Assembly (NCBI GenBank): GCA_027451985.1
Contig: DAIDHS010000005.1
Span: 267-64,266 of the forward strand
Direction of reading: 5' to 3'
Length of the DNA stretch: 64,000 nt
From: Elusimicrobiota bacterium
GTDB lineage: Bacteria > Elusimicrobiota > Elusimicrobia > UBA1565 > UBA9628
Each line of letters opens with the position of its first letter. The stretch's first letter is position 1. The position numbers and the translations under genes were made by a program. The notes beneath the pieces were generated by a model. That model saw only the letters and a list, made by a program, of their open reading frames with translations, did no database searches and was not told where the DNA came from. Shown here one piece after another: positions 46,463-55,517 of this stretch.

Positions 46463-48426
46463 AAGTCGCCCTTGTTCAGCCGCCCGTCTGGTGGACCGTA
46501 GACCCGCCGCTCGGCTTGGCGCAAATCGCGGGCTGCCTCAAGCATCACGGCCACGAAGTCGCGGTGTTCGACTTGAACATTCTGCTGTGGAAGGATCGCC
46601 TGAAAAAATACGAAAGCCTGTGGGGTTGGGAGCAGTTTCACTTCTGGAACCAGCCGGAGTTCGTCTCCCGCTTCTTCTCGGAGAATGAAGCGCTCGTCGG
46701 CCGATACGTGGAGGCCATCCTGCGCACGGGCGCGCCCGTCATCGGGCTTTCCGTGCACAACGGATCGCATTTGGCCGCCTTGGAGATCGCGCGCCGGATC
46801 AAGGCCGGCGACAAGCGCCGGAAAATCGTCCTGGGCGGTCAGTACTTCTTTTTCGGCGACCAGGTCGAAGAGATGCTCCGCGAACCCTGTGTCGATGCCA
46901 TCGTGCGGGGAGAGGGGGACGAGTCGTTCCCCGAACTCGTCAAGCGCTTGGATGCGTCCGGAGCCCTCGAGCCTTTGCCCGGAGTCTGGATCAAGCGAGG
47001 CCAGGAGCTTGCTTCCGGGGGCGAGCCCGTCGCCATCCGAAATTTAGACCGCGTCCCCTTCGCCGACTTCACCAGTTTCCCGATGGAACTCTACACCGAC
47101 CCCGAGCGACTGCCCATGGCCGGCAGCCGCGGTTGCGTCTGGCAGTGCCGCTTCTGCAGCGCGCGCGCCTTCTGGACCGGGTACCGTTATATGGGTGGCG
47201 AGCGCATTTTCGCCGAGGTCCTGCATCACCGCAAGCTCTATCCGCCGCGCGGCCACGTCGAGTTCTACGACATCACGGCCAACGGCGACGTGAAAGCGCT
47301 TCATCTTTTCAGCCGGCTCTGGGTGGATCATGTTTCGGCGCATCCGGAGCACGCGACTGGCTGGAAAATCAACGCCATCATCCGCCCCGAGATGACGCCC
47401 GAGGTGCTGCGCGACCTGCGCAAGGCCAACTGCCACGACATCATCTACGGCATCGAGAGCGGATCCCCGAGGCTGCTCAAGGCGATGAACAAGGGCTTTG
47501 TGGTTCCCGTGGCCGAAGAGGTGCTCAAGAATACGCATGAGGCCGGTATCGTCACCGTCGGCAACTTCATGTTCGGGTTTCCGGGCGAGACCGAGGAGGA
47601 CTTCGCGCAGACTCTCGAGTTCCTGCGCCGCAATCACGGCAGCTTCAACCGGGTCTACGCGAGCGCCACGTTCACGAGCCTAGAGGAAAAAAGCTATCTT
47701 AAGGATCATCAAAAGGATTTCGGCATCAAGGAAGCCGCGCCGGAGCGGTTCCACAACCTCTACTGGGAAAGCGAGGACGGCGCCAACACTTACCCCGTGC
47801 GGCTCGATCGCTACAAGAGGTTTCGCGCCTTGGCGATTTCCTTGGGCATCGACGCGTACAAGGGGGTGAACGGTTCCTTGGAACAAGATCATCTGGCTAA
47901 TCTGGCCCAATACCATCATTACGCGGGCAAGCCGTTTTCTGCCATCGCGAACTATTTGGAGTATCTGGAGGGGGATTTCTATCATGAGCCGACCCGCCGC
48001 CATTTGATGGAACAGGAGCCGGCGCTTTGCGCTCTCCTGCGGGCCCAAAAAGCGCTGGCGAAAGCCAATCTTTTAACGGAAGCCGTTCACGAGGCGGAGA
48101 CGATTGGTCAGGCCGTGGAGCGCCTGGTGTTGGATGGCGCCGGGTTCGCGTCTGCTTTGGCCGAATTTCAAAATAGGACGGAAAAAGCCTTTCAATTGGC
48201 CCGTTCCCTGGCGCGGGCGTGGTATTCCCTCAAAAGCCTGCCGGAACAGGCTTTTAGGATCGTTTGGGATGGAGGTTCGTTCGTTCTGTATTGGTCCCAG
48301 GAAAAGGCGCCCGGAATCGCCGATTTGCGCGCTTTTAAGGACCGGCTGGGCCTCCATTTAAGGCTTGCCGAGGCGGAAATTCGGCGCGGTGAAGATAAGA
48401 AGCCGGCGCCAGCCTGCGTCCGGTGA
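46459..48426 (+). CDS. B12-binding domain radical SAM protein (class B)
   Basis: Begins VKVALVQPPVWWTVDPPLGLAQIAGCLKHHGHEV, with IGLSVHN, IVLGGQYF, cluster motif GSRGCVWQCRFC, YGIESGSPRLL, and NLYWESEDGANTYPVRLDRYKRF. It uses GTG 46459 overlapping the upstream stop (GTGA). Confidence 0.8.
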   Translation: MKVALVQPPVWWTVDPPLGLAQIAGCLKHHGHEVAVFDLNILLWKDRLKKYESLWGWEQFHFWNQPEFVSRFFSENEALVGRYVEAILRTGAPVIGLSVHNGSHLAALEIARRIKAGDKRRKIVLGGQYFFFGDQVEEMLREPCVDAIVRGEGDESFPELVKRLDASGALEPLPGVWIKRGQELASGGEPVAIRNLDRVPFADFTSFPMELYTDPERLPMAGSRGCVWQCRFCSARAFWTGYRYMGGERIFAEVLHHRKLYPPRGHVEFYDITANGDVKALHLFSRLWVDHVSAHPEHATGWKINAIIRPEMTPEVLRDLRKANCHDIIYGIESGSPRLLKAMNKGFVVPVAEEVLKNTHEAGIVTVGNFMFGFPGETEEDFAQTLEFLRRNHGSFNRVYASATFTSLEEKSYLKDHQKDFGIKEAAPERFHNLYWESEDGANTYPVRLDRYKRFRALAISLGIDAYKGVNGSLEQDHLANLAQYHHYAGKPFSAIANYLEYLEGDFYHEPTRRHLMEQEPALCALLRAQKALAKANLLTEAVHEAETIGQAVERLVLDGAGFASALAEFQNRTEKAFQLARSLARAWYSLKSLPEQAFRIVWDGGSFVLYWSQEKAPGIADLRAFKDRLGLHLRLAEAEIRRGEDKKPAPACVR

Positions 48427-48434
48427 ATTTGCCA

Positions 48435-48463
48435 TTGACAAGGGGGACGCCCCCCGCTATCCT
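48435..48463 (+). promoter_or_regulatory. Possible internal sigma70-like promoter within the radical-SAM array
   Basis: TTGACA, a 17-nt spacer, then TATCCT, in the only internal gap longer than 25 nt (48427-48481). The spacer contains a small GGGGG-ACG-CCCCC inverted repeat. Confidence 0.35.
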
Positions 48464-48481
48464 TAATGAGATTATCACTTG

Positions 48482-49654
48482 ATGAAAACTTTGACCCGTG
48501 AAGCCCAAGAATTAGCCGCGGCCGCGCAAAAAACGGCCCCCTCCTTCCCCGCGTTACGGCGTCGCTTTTTAGAGCAGCGCCAGCGCGAAAATGTCGCTCT
48601 CAATAATAGAGAATGGGAAGAGAAAAAAACGATTTTATCCAGCACCCCGCAACGAATCTTCCTGCAGATCAACGCCGTGTGCAACGCGGACTGTGTTTTT
48701 TGCTCCAAGGGCTACGATTATCCGCTCTTCCGCATCGACGAATACAGGGAAAAATATGGGGAGCAGGTGACCCCCGTCCTGCAGAAAGCGCGGGAGGTCA
48801 TTCTGACCGGATCCGGGGAATTCCTGGGCCTTCCGGACGCGCCTAAAATCATCCGCTACTTCAACGAAGAATTCCCTCATGTTGAGAAATACATCGCGAC
48901 CAACGCCTCGCACCTGAAGCCGGAAATCGTGGATTTGATCGCGGGCTCCGGCAGCCGCTACACCCTGCAGCTCTCCCTGCACGGCAGCGACGAGGCGACC
49001 CACAAGCAGATGATGCGCTACAACGCCTATCCTCGCGTCATGGAGAACGTCCGCCGGCTCATAGAAGCGCGCGGCCGCAGCGGGAATATCTCGGTGTCCT
49101 TCATGTTCGTCATGACGACCTTGAACGTGGAAAACCTTCCGGATTTCGTACGCTTCGCCAAAGAGATGGGCGCCGAGCGCGTCTTGGCGGGCTACTTCTA
49201 CATTTACGAGTCCCAGCAGAAATACCTGTCCCTCTACTTCAAACAGGATTTGGCCAACCGCATCATCGACGAGGCCCGGCGCGTGGCCGAAGAGGTGGGC
49301 ATCGAGGTCCGCCTGCCGCACAAGTTCGGGCAGCCGCCCGAGACGGCGGCCAAGCCGACCTCGTGCATCGAGCCATGGCACCAGGTGATGATCAACCCCG
49401 ATGGGGCGATTCTTCCCTGCGACGTGTACGGCGGCTTCAATGAGAACTTGAACCAGAAAAGCTTCATGGAAATCTGGAACGGACCGGCCTACCGCGCCAT
49501 CCGAACGGCTCTGCGCAGCGGCGGAGGCTGCCTGACGACCTGTCCGCGCCACAATCCCATCGGCATCAACGACTGGCGCGCGCACGTCATCCACCGTCCC
49601 AAGGAAGACCGCCAGATCGCGAAGGAGTACCGGGAGGCCTTGAGAAAGCCATGA
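48482..49654 (+). CDS. Radical SAM/SPASM domain protein
   Basis: Motif LQINAVCNADCVFCSKG. SPASM-like CIEPWHQVMINPDGAILPCD...IWNGPAYRAIR...CLTTC. The ATG at 48482 is preferred over the TTG at 48479. Confidence 0.8.
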   Translation: MKTLTREAQELAAAAQKTAPSFPALRRRFLEQRQRENVALNNREWEEKKTILSSTPQRIFLQINAVCNADCVFCSKGYDYPLFRIDEYREKYGEQVTPVLQKAREVILTGSGEFLGLPDAPKIIRYFNEEFPHVEKYIATNASHLKPEIVDLIAGSGSRYTLQLSLHGSDEATHKQMMRYNAYPRVMENVRRLIEARGRSGNISVSFMFVMTTLNVENLPDFVRFAKEMGAERVLAGYFYIYESQQKYLSLYFKQDLANRIIDEARRVAEEVGIEVRLPHKFGQPPETAAKPTSCIEPWHQVMINPDGAILPCDVYGGFNENLNQKSFMEIWNGPAYRAIRTALRSGGGCLTTCPRHNPIGINDWRAHVIHRPKEDRQIAKEYREALRKP

Positions 49655-50613
49655 ACGCCGAAACCTCCCTGAACATGGCCTCCGCCCTGCCCAAGCGGAC
49701 CGTGGTTTTCGCCTGGGACATGCACTACAGCTGCAACTACCGCTGTCCCTATTGCTGGTACACCACGACCGGCTGGACGGAGCTGGCCAAGAAAAGCGTC
49801 TACAAGACCGCCCAGGAGTGGGCCGAAGTCTGGGAGCGGATGCACCGCAAATACGGCCGCTGCCAGCTGCGCATCACCGCGGGCGAGCCTTTCACCTACC
49901 CCGATTTCCCGCAAATCATCACCACGCTGACCCAGTGGCACGACGTGCAGGTGACCAGCAACTGTTCCAACACCGAGGCCATGGAGAAATTCGCCGCGCA
50001 GGCCGATCCGAAGCGGGTCGAGGTGGACTGTACCTTTCATCCTCTGCAGGGCGAATTCGAGCCTTTCGTGGAAAACGTTCTGCGCCTGCGCCGGAGCAAG
50101 TTCACCGCCAACGTCTGCTACCTTGCCTATCCCCCGCAGATGCCTCAGATGGGCGAGTTCAAGAAGCGCTTCAAGGAGCGCGGCGTCTACATGAACATGG
50201 CCATTTTTTGGGGGCGCTACAAGGACAAAGATTATCCGTTCGCCTACACGGATCAGGAGAAGGCGTGGATCAAAGAAGTCATCGGCTACGAGACGGGACC
50301 GGAAACTGTCAACCTCGACCCGCTCGTCATCCGGGGCAAGGTCTGCGGCGCGGGGCAGCGCTATGCCGTGGTGCAGGCGGACGGCAAGGTCTACCGCTGC
50401 GGCCAGCTCTGCCACGAGGGCATGTCCTTGGGCAGCATTTTCGATCCGGCGTTCGAGCTTTTCCCGACCGGCCGCGCCTGCTCCGTGGACTACTGCAAGT
50501 CCAAGGAATTCCAGGCGGCTTGGGAGGATGAGGAAAAGCAGGCGATGCTTGAGAAAAATAAATTCTCGTCCGCGGGCGCGGCCTCCGTTGGGGCGCCCTC
50601 ACAGGGCTCATGA
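49651..50613 (+). CDS. Radical SAM protein, tandem 'CNYRC' family, paralog A
   Basis: Motifs are WDMHYSCNYRCPYCWY, AGEPFTYPDF, TFHP, DKDYPFAYTDQEKAWI, and the C-terminus CGAGQRYAVVQADGKVYRCG...CSVDYCKS. ATGA overlap with the upstream gene. Confidence 0.75.
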   Translation: MNAETSLNMASALPKRTVVFAWDMHYSCNYRCPYCWYTTTGWTELAKKSVYKTAQEWAEVWERMHRKYGRCQLRITAGEPFTYPDFPQIITTLTQWHDVQVTSNCSNTEAMEKFAAQADPKRVEVDCTFHPLQGEFEPFVENVLRLRRSKFTANVCYLAYPPQMPQMGEFKKRFKERGVYMNMAIFWGRYKDKDYPFAYTDQEKAWIKEVIGYETGPETVNLDPLVIRGKVCGAGQRYAVVQADGKVYRCGQLCHEGMSLGSIFDPAFELFPTGRACSVDYCKSKEFQAAWEDEEKQAMLEKNKFSSAGAASVGAPSQGS

Positions 50614-51611
50614 GCGAGACGGGCGCTGGCTCCGCGCTGAGCCAAACACGAGGCTCTTTGTGGCCCTGGTGGAGCAACGAGGCCTGGGATCGGACCTCGT
50701 TTACCTGGGATTTGTGGTACGGCTGCAACTATCGCTGCTCCTACTGCTGGTGGGAGATGGGCGATTTGTGGGCGGATTTGGCGAAGAAGCACCTCATTCT
50801 TCCTCCAGAGAAATGGCTCACGTGCTGGGACCGGATTTATGATCGCTATGGAACGGTGCGCGTGGACGTGCTTGGCGGCGAGCCGATGCGCTACCCGTCT
50901 TGGAAGGAGCTTTTCGAGGGGCTCTCGCGGCGGCATTTGGTTTCCATCACGACCAACTTGTCCATCTCGATGGCGGATTTGCGGGACATCACGGACAAAA
51001 TTTCTCCGGAACGCATTCATTTTGCGGCCAGCTACCATCCGCAGTTTGCCAAGTGGGAGGATTTCGTCGAAAAAGTGGGCTTTCTAAAAAGCCGCGGCTA
51101 CGCGCCCCATGTCCTGGTCGTGGCGTGGCCGCCGCTTCTTGGGGATCTTTCCCGCTGGAGCGAGGCCTTTAAAAAAATGGACGTTCCCTTCACCACGAGC
51201 GTTTTCCAGGGCAAGCACGAGGGACGCGAGTATCCGGATTCCTATACCAACGAGCAAAAGGCCTTGCTGGGCCTGACGATTCCGGTCGCAGAGGAGCAGC
51301 GCTACCGCCTGGAGCGGGAAAGCACGCGGGGCAAGCTCTGCGGCGCCGGACACGTCTACGCGAACATCAAGGCCAATGGCGACGTCTATCGCTGCGGCCA
51401 GGATTGCCTGGGCGGAGCCAAGCCTTTCGGGAATATTTTCGATGCGAACTTCGGACTTCATGAATCGCCGGAACCCTGCCCCTACCAGCATTGCAGCTGC
51501 GGCGAGTTCGCGTTTTTGTGGGAGGATTGGAGCCGGAAAAAGGGCCGCCGCGAACTCGCGGTCGCCGATTCGCTGCGGCGCGGAGCGGCGCGGGAGGCGG
51601 GGCGTGGCTAA
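50610..51611 (+). CDS. Radical SAM protein, tandem 'CNYRC' family, paralog B
   Basis: Motifs are WDLWYGCNYRCSYCWW, GGEPMRYPSW, SYHPQ, GREYPDSYTNEQKALL, and CGAGHVYANIKANGDVYRCG...CPYQHCSC. ATGA overlap with the upstream gene. Confidence 0.75.
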   Translation: MSETGAGSALSQTRGSLWPWWSNEAWDRTSFTWDLWYGCNYRCSYCWWEMGDLWADLAKKHLILPPEKWLTCWDRIYDRYGTVRVDVLGGEPMRYPSWKELFEGLSRRHLVSITTNLSISMADLRDITDKISPERIHFAASYHPQFAKWEDFVEKVGFLKSRGYAPHVLVVAWPPLLGDLSRWSEAFKKMDVPFTTSVFQGKHEGREYPDSYTNEQKALLGLTIPVAEEQRYRLERESTRGKLCGAGHVYANIKANGDVYRCGQDCLGGAKPFGNIFDANFGLHESPEPCPYQHCSCGEFAFLWEDWSRKKGRRELAVADSLRRGAAREAGRG

Positions 51612-52452
51612 TCCGCAGGTGCGCTTTACCTGGAACATCCATTGGAGCTGCAACTTTCGCTGCTCCTATTGCTTCTTCGACGGGCATTGGGCGGAGTACG
51701 GCCGCCGCAACGTCTACCAGACGGTGGAGCAGTGGATGGGGCACTGGCGGCGCATCTACGAGAAATACGGTCGGTGCTATTTGACCATCAACGGCGGCGA
51801 GCCCTTCGCCTATCCTAATTTCGTGGAGTTGATGGTCCAAGTCTCGGCGCTGCACTGGCCCATCAACGTCACGACCAATACCTCGCTGCATTTGAAGGAA
51901 TTCGTCGAACGCGTCGACCCGGCGAAGGTTTCCATCTCCATCAGCTTTCACCCGCAGTACCACAAAATCAACGAGTTCCTGAAGACCGTGAAGTTTTTGC
52001 GGGATCATAAGGCCAATATCGGCTGCATCAACTTCGTCGCCTGGCCGCCGTTCCTGAACGATTTGTCGGACTATATCCGGCGCTTCCAGGAGATCGGAGA
52101 GAGCCTCAAGGTCATCCCGTTCATCGGAGCCTACGAGGGCGTGAACTACCCCGACCACTATAACGAGGAGCAGAAAAAAATCCTGGGCCTGAGCGATAAC
52201 TGGCTGGAGAGCAAGCGCCACAAAGGCATGCTCTGCCGCGCCGGGAACCAATCGGCGCTTCTTTTGCCGACCGGCAAGGTGGCCCGCTGCGGGCAAATCG
52301 GCGATCGCTATCTTATCGGAGATTTTTTTCAGGAAGGGTTTTCCTTGATGAAGGAGCCCATGCCCTGCGATGAGCAATTTTGTCCCTGTGACGAGTGGAA
52401 AGTCATCCCGGATGAAAAGCCGCCGGAAAAAGCGGGGGCATGGCTGCCATGA
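51604..52452 (+). CDS. Radical SAM protein, tandem 'CNYRC' family, paralog C
   Basis: Motifs are WNIHWSCNFRCSYCFF, GGEPFAYPNF, SFHPQ, GVNYPDHYNEEQKKIL, and CRAGNQSALLLPTGKVARCG...CDEQFCPC. The start was moved to GTG 51604, an 8-nt overlap. Confidence 0.75.
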   Translation: MANPQVRFTWNIHWSCNFRCSYCFFDGHWAEYGRRNVYQTVEQWMGHWRRIYEKYGRCYLTINGGEPFAYPNFVELMVQVSALHWPINVTTNTSLHLKEFVERVDPAKVSISISFHPQYHKINEFLKTVKFLRDHKANIGCINFVAWPPFLNDLSDYIRRFQEIGESLKVIPFIGAYEGVNYPDHYNEEQKKILGLSDNWLESKRHKGMLCRAGNQSALLLPTGKVARCGQIGDRYLIGDFFQEGFSLMKEPMPCDEQFCPCDEWKVIPDEKPPEKAGAWLP

Positions 52453-53762
52453 TCCGCTTGGCTCTGGTGCAATGCCCCGTTTGGGGCGTGGACGACCCGC
52501 CTTTAGGGTTGGCGCAGCTGCTTGGGTGCGTCGCGCACTGCAACCACCATGCGCGCCCGTTCGATCTCAATGTCAGGCTGTGGAAGGAGTGCACGCAGGA
52601 TGAGAAGCGCTTTTGGAGCCGGGAAGCGCTGCCCCTCTGGAACGACCGGGCCTGGACCGTAGAACGAGCGCGAGCTTGGGAGGCTAAACTCGCGCGCTAC
52701 GCGGAGGAGATATTGTCGGATGATCCGCAGGCCGTTCTGTTTTGGGCCGCCGAGGGCTCGCAGTGGTTCAGTCTTGAAGCGGCCAAGCGCGTCAAAGCGA
52801 AGAACGCGGCCGCTAAAATTTTTATCGGCGGTCCGTATTTCAACGCCGCCTCCCGCGTCGACGCCTTTATCGCGGAGCCCTGCCTTGACGGCGTCATCGC
52901 GGGCTCGGCCGACGACTTGTTGGCGAAGCTCCTGGGTCTCTACCAAGCCTGCGGCCGGTGGATGCCTTTGCCCGGGATGACCGTCAAGGAAAAGGGAACG
53001 GTCGAGAGCGGCGGGCGCCCCGTGCCTTTTACGTTCGACTGGGATTTGGCGCCGCTGTGCGATTTCTCCGGCTTCGCGACCGAGCTCTACCGCAAGCCGC
53101 TTCAAATGCCGGTTGCCTCAAGCCGCGGCTGCCATTGGTCTCACCCGTCGTGCGCGCGGGACTATTGGGGCAAGTACTCCTTTAAGAGCGGCGACCGGAT
53201 TTTCACCGAGGTGGCCAAGGCCTTGCAGGGTCAAAAATTCTGGCGGCATGTCCAGTTCTACGATTTGGACGCCAATGGAAAGCCGGACAGCCTCAAGCGT
53301 TTTAGCGAGATGATTCTCGAGAACCGGCTTCCCGAGGCCGGCCTGACTTGGAGCGCGCGCGTTTCTCTCGACTCGGTGCCGGACGCGCAAAGGCTCGAAC
53401 TGTTCGCGCGCGCGGGCTGCCGCGAAATCGTCTACGGCTTGGAAACGGAGCTTTCAACCGATGGGCCCAGTGCGGCGGAACGGATTTTGCGGGAGACGCA
53501 CGCGGCTGGCATCGGCTGCATCGTTTCTGCGGCCGCGCTTGACAGGTTTGGTGCTTGGGTCGACGGCGTCGAAGCCGAGCGCGCGGTTTTGGACGCTCCC
53601 GCCCGGCACCGGGGCTTGGCCGCGGCGTCCGCGGTGCGGCAAAAACGCCTGGAGGCGCCGGGCCGGTCTTCGGAGATGGAGTGGTCTCCGTTTTTTAGCC
53701 AAGGGACGGCGGGGCTTCGCGGCCGCCGTTGCGTTAAGTCCGCCGCGCTAGCGGCGCACTAA
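52449..53762 (+). CDS. B12-binding-domain radical-SAM-like protein with a degenerate cluster motif (likely non-catalytic paralog)
   Basis: The N-terminus MIRLALVQCPVWGVDDPPLGLAQLLGCV parallels the VKVALVQ proteins. The site aligned to GSRGCxxxCxFC reads SSRGCHWSHPSCARDYW, leaving only two Cys with the wrong spacing. GIESGS is replaced by GLETEL. The C-terminal WES..DG region is absent. ATG 52449 overlaps the upstream stop (ATGA); ATG 52440 is an alternative. Confidence 0.65.
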   Translation: MIRLALVQCPVWGVDDPPLGLAQLLGCVAHCNHHARPFDLNVRLWKECTQDEKRFWSREALPLWNDRAWTVERARAWEAKLARYAEEILSDDPQAVLFWAAEGSQWFSLEAAKRVKAKNAAAKIFIGGPYFNAASRVDAFIAEPCLDGVIAGSADDLLAKLLGLYQACGRWMPLPGMTVKEKGTVESGGRPVPFTFDWDLAPLCDFSGFATELYRKPLQMPVASSRGCHWSHPSCARDYWGKYSFKSGDRIFTEVAKALQGQKFWRHVQFYDLDANGKPDSLKRFSEMILENRLPEAGLTWSARVSLDSVPDAQRLELFARAGCREIVYGLETELSTDGPSAAERILRETHAAGIGCIVSAAALDRFGAWVDGVEAERAVLDAPARHRGLAAASAVRQKRLEAPGRSSEMEWSPFFSQGTAGLRGRRCVKSAALAAH

Positions 53763-53781
53763 AGAAAACAGGGAGGAGCTT

Positions 53782-54858
53782 ATGGGATCGTGTGGAACGG
53801 GCGGTTGCAGCGGGTGCGGCACCAAGCATGACGGCCCGCAGGCTCCCGAGGGCGACATGATCGCGCGGGGAGAACTGGATGCGGCCATTCCCCATGAGAA
53901 GCAGGAATACCGGCCTCTTTTGCCCCGCCGCGCGCCGCCCTACAAAGTGCATTGGAATTGGGAAATCATGCTGCCCTGCAACTACCGCTGCAGCTATTGC
54001 GTGGTCCATAACGAGGCGGCGCAATACCTCATTCAAGGAGTGTCCGAGTGGCGTAAGGTCTGGGAGCGGATTTTTAAGCTCTACGGCTGCTGCCAGGTGC
54101 GCTTCGCGGGCGGCGAGCCGACCATCTACCCGCACTTCATTGACTTGGTCGGCATGATTTTGGAAATGCATACCGTGGACATCACGACCAACCTGAGCTT
54201 CGACGTCGAAGAGTGGATTAAGAAAGTTCCCAGTCAGGGTATCGCGATTTCCGGGAGCCTGCACCTGGAGCACCAAAAGCCGGAGGACTTTCTCAAAAAA
54301 CTTCTGATCCTGCGCAACAAGGGCAACCAGCTGATTTCCGCCTCGCTGGTCGCCTATCCGACTTATCTGGATCGAATCGACGCGATTCGGGCCATGTTTG
54401 AAAAGGAGCAGGTCCTTTTCAAGATTATTCCCTTCAACGGCGTCTACCAGGGCAAGCGTTATCCCGGCGCCTACACCGACGACGAGCGGATTCTGCTGGG
54501 CATGCAGGTACAGCGCTCCCAGGACGAACTCGGCAAGACGCTCAACAAGCAGTGGCAGGACTACGCCAATGCCAAGCCTAACGACAAGAACTTCATGGGC
54601 ATGCCCTGCCATATGGGCGAAATGTACGCCAAGATTTATTCCGACGGCACGGTGCGCCGATGCTGCCACACGGGCGTCGACATCTTGGGCCACATCACCG
54701 ATCCGAACCTAAAGCTTTTCGAGGGACCGGAACCTTGTACCGTTATGAGTTGCAGTTGCTGGAAGCCCATGGTCGCCGGGAAATACGAGGAGAAGGTCCA
54801 TATGCTCTGGCAGTCGGCGAATCATCCCGTTTATCCCGAGAAGGCGCCCAATGCCTAA
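53782..54858 (+). CDS. Radical SAM protein, tandem 'CNYRC' family, paralog D, with N-terminal Cys/Gly-rich tail
   Basis: A strong SD (GGGAGGAG) lies 3 nt upstream of the ATG. The tail is MGSCGTGGCSGCGTKHDG. Further motifs are WEIMLPCNYRCSYCVV, GGEPTIYPHF, GKRYPGAYTDDERILL, and CHMGEMYAKIYSDGTVRRCC...CTVMSCSC. Confidence 0.75.
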   Translation: MGSCGTGGCSGCGTKHDGPQAPEGDMIARGELDAAIPHEKQEYRPLLPRRAPPYKVHWNWEIMLPCNYRCSYCVVHNEAAQYLIQGVSEWRKVWERIFKLYGCCQVRFAGGEPTIYPHFIDLVGMILEMHTVDITTNLSFDVEEWIKKVPSQGIAISGSLHLEHQKPEDFLKKLLILRNKGNQLISASLVAYPTYLDRIDAIRAMFEKEQVLFKIIPFNGVYQGKRYPGAYTDDERILLGMQVQRSQDELGKTLNKQWQDYANAKPNDKNFMGMPCHMGEMYAKIYSDGTVRRCCHTGVDILGHITDPNLKLFEGPEPCTVMSCSCWKPMVAGKYEEKVHMLWQSANHPVYPEKAPNA

Positions 54859-55516
54859 GTCGGAGCGTGAGATGCAGGGGTGCTGGCGGTGGCTGGGAAA
54901 AACAGGCGTCCGCCTGAATGGAGAAAAAATTATCTACATCGATCCCATCAGCGTGGAATCGGGCGCCCCTAAGGCCGACCTCATCCTCCTGACCCATGGG
55001 CACGAGGAGCATTTTTCTCCAGCGGACGTGACGAGGGCGGCAGGTCCTCAGACCATCGTGGCCGGACCTGCGGCCTGCATAGGACTTTTTCGCCTCAACC
55101 AGTTGCCTTTCGAGGCGGGGGAATCCAGAACAATTTTGGGCGTTTCCGTTACGGCCACGCCCGCTTATGGCTTGGACAATTCGCGTCATCCGAAAAGCGC
55201 CGCGGGATTGGGATATCTCATTGATCTGGGCGGCATGAGGATTTTCCATGCCGGTGACACGGCCGCCGTACCGGAGTTGCGCGCTCTTAAGGCGGACGCG
55301 GGCTTTCTGCCCGTAGGGCCCGGGCTTATGTCCGCCCGAGAGGCGTCGGCGCTGGCGCGGGACATGGGGCTCCGCGCGGCTGCTCCTACTCACATTGATC
55401 CGGGCTCAAAGGAAGAACAGGATTTTTTCGCGGAAATCGAAAGCATGGGCATTGCAGCGTGGGCGGCGGCGGATATTTTTTCGGCTTGCGGTTTGACGGC
55501 GGCCCGGGGAGGCTGA
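54851..55516 (+). CDS. MBL-fold metal-dependent hydrolase (UPF0173-like)
   Basis: Motifs are IIYIDPIS, ADLILLTHGHEEHFS, FHAGDT and APTHID. The start is uncertain (ATG 54851 or the downstream Met at 54872). Confidence 0.7.
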   Translation: MPKSEREMQGCWRWLGKTGVRLNGEKIIYIDPISVESGAPKADLILLTHGHEEHFSPADVTRAAGPQTIVAGPAACIGLFRLNQLPFEAGESRTILGVSVTATPAYGLDNSRHPKSAAGLGYLIDLGGMRIFHAGDTAAVPELRALKADAGFLPVGPGLMSAREASALARDMGLRAAAPTHIDPGSKEEQDFFAEIESMGIAAWAAADIFSACGLTAARGG

Positions 55517-55517
55517 T

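Noticed and set aside
48427-48481. A RiPP precursor peptide or terminator in the largest internal gap of the array.
   Set aside because: At 55 nt it is too short for a peptide gene. The GGGGG-ACG-CCCCC hairpin has a 5-bp stem and no U-tract. The sequence is better explained as the spacer of a TTGACA/TATCCT promoter-like motif.
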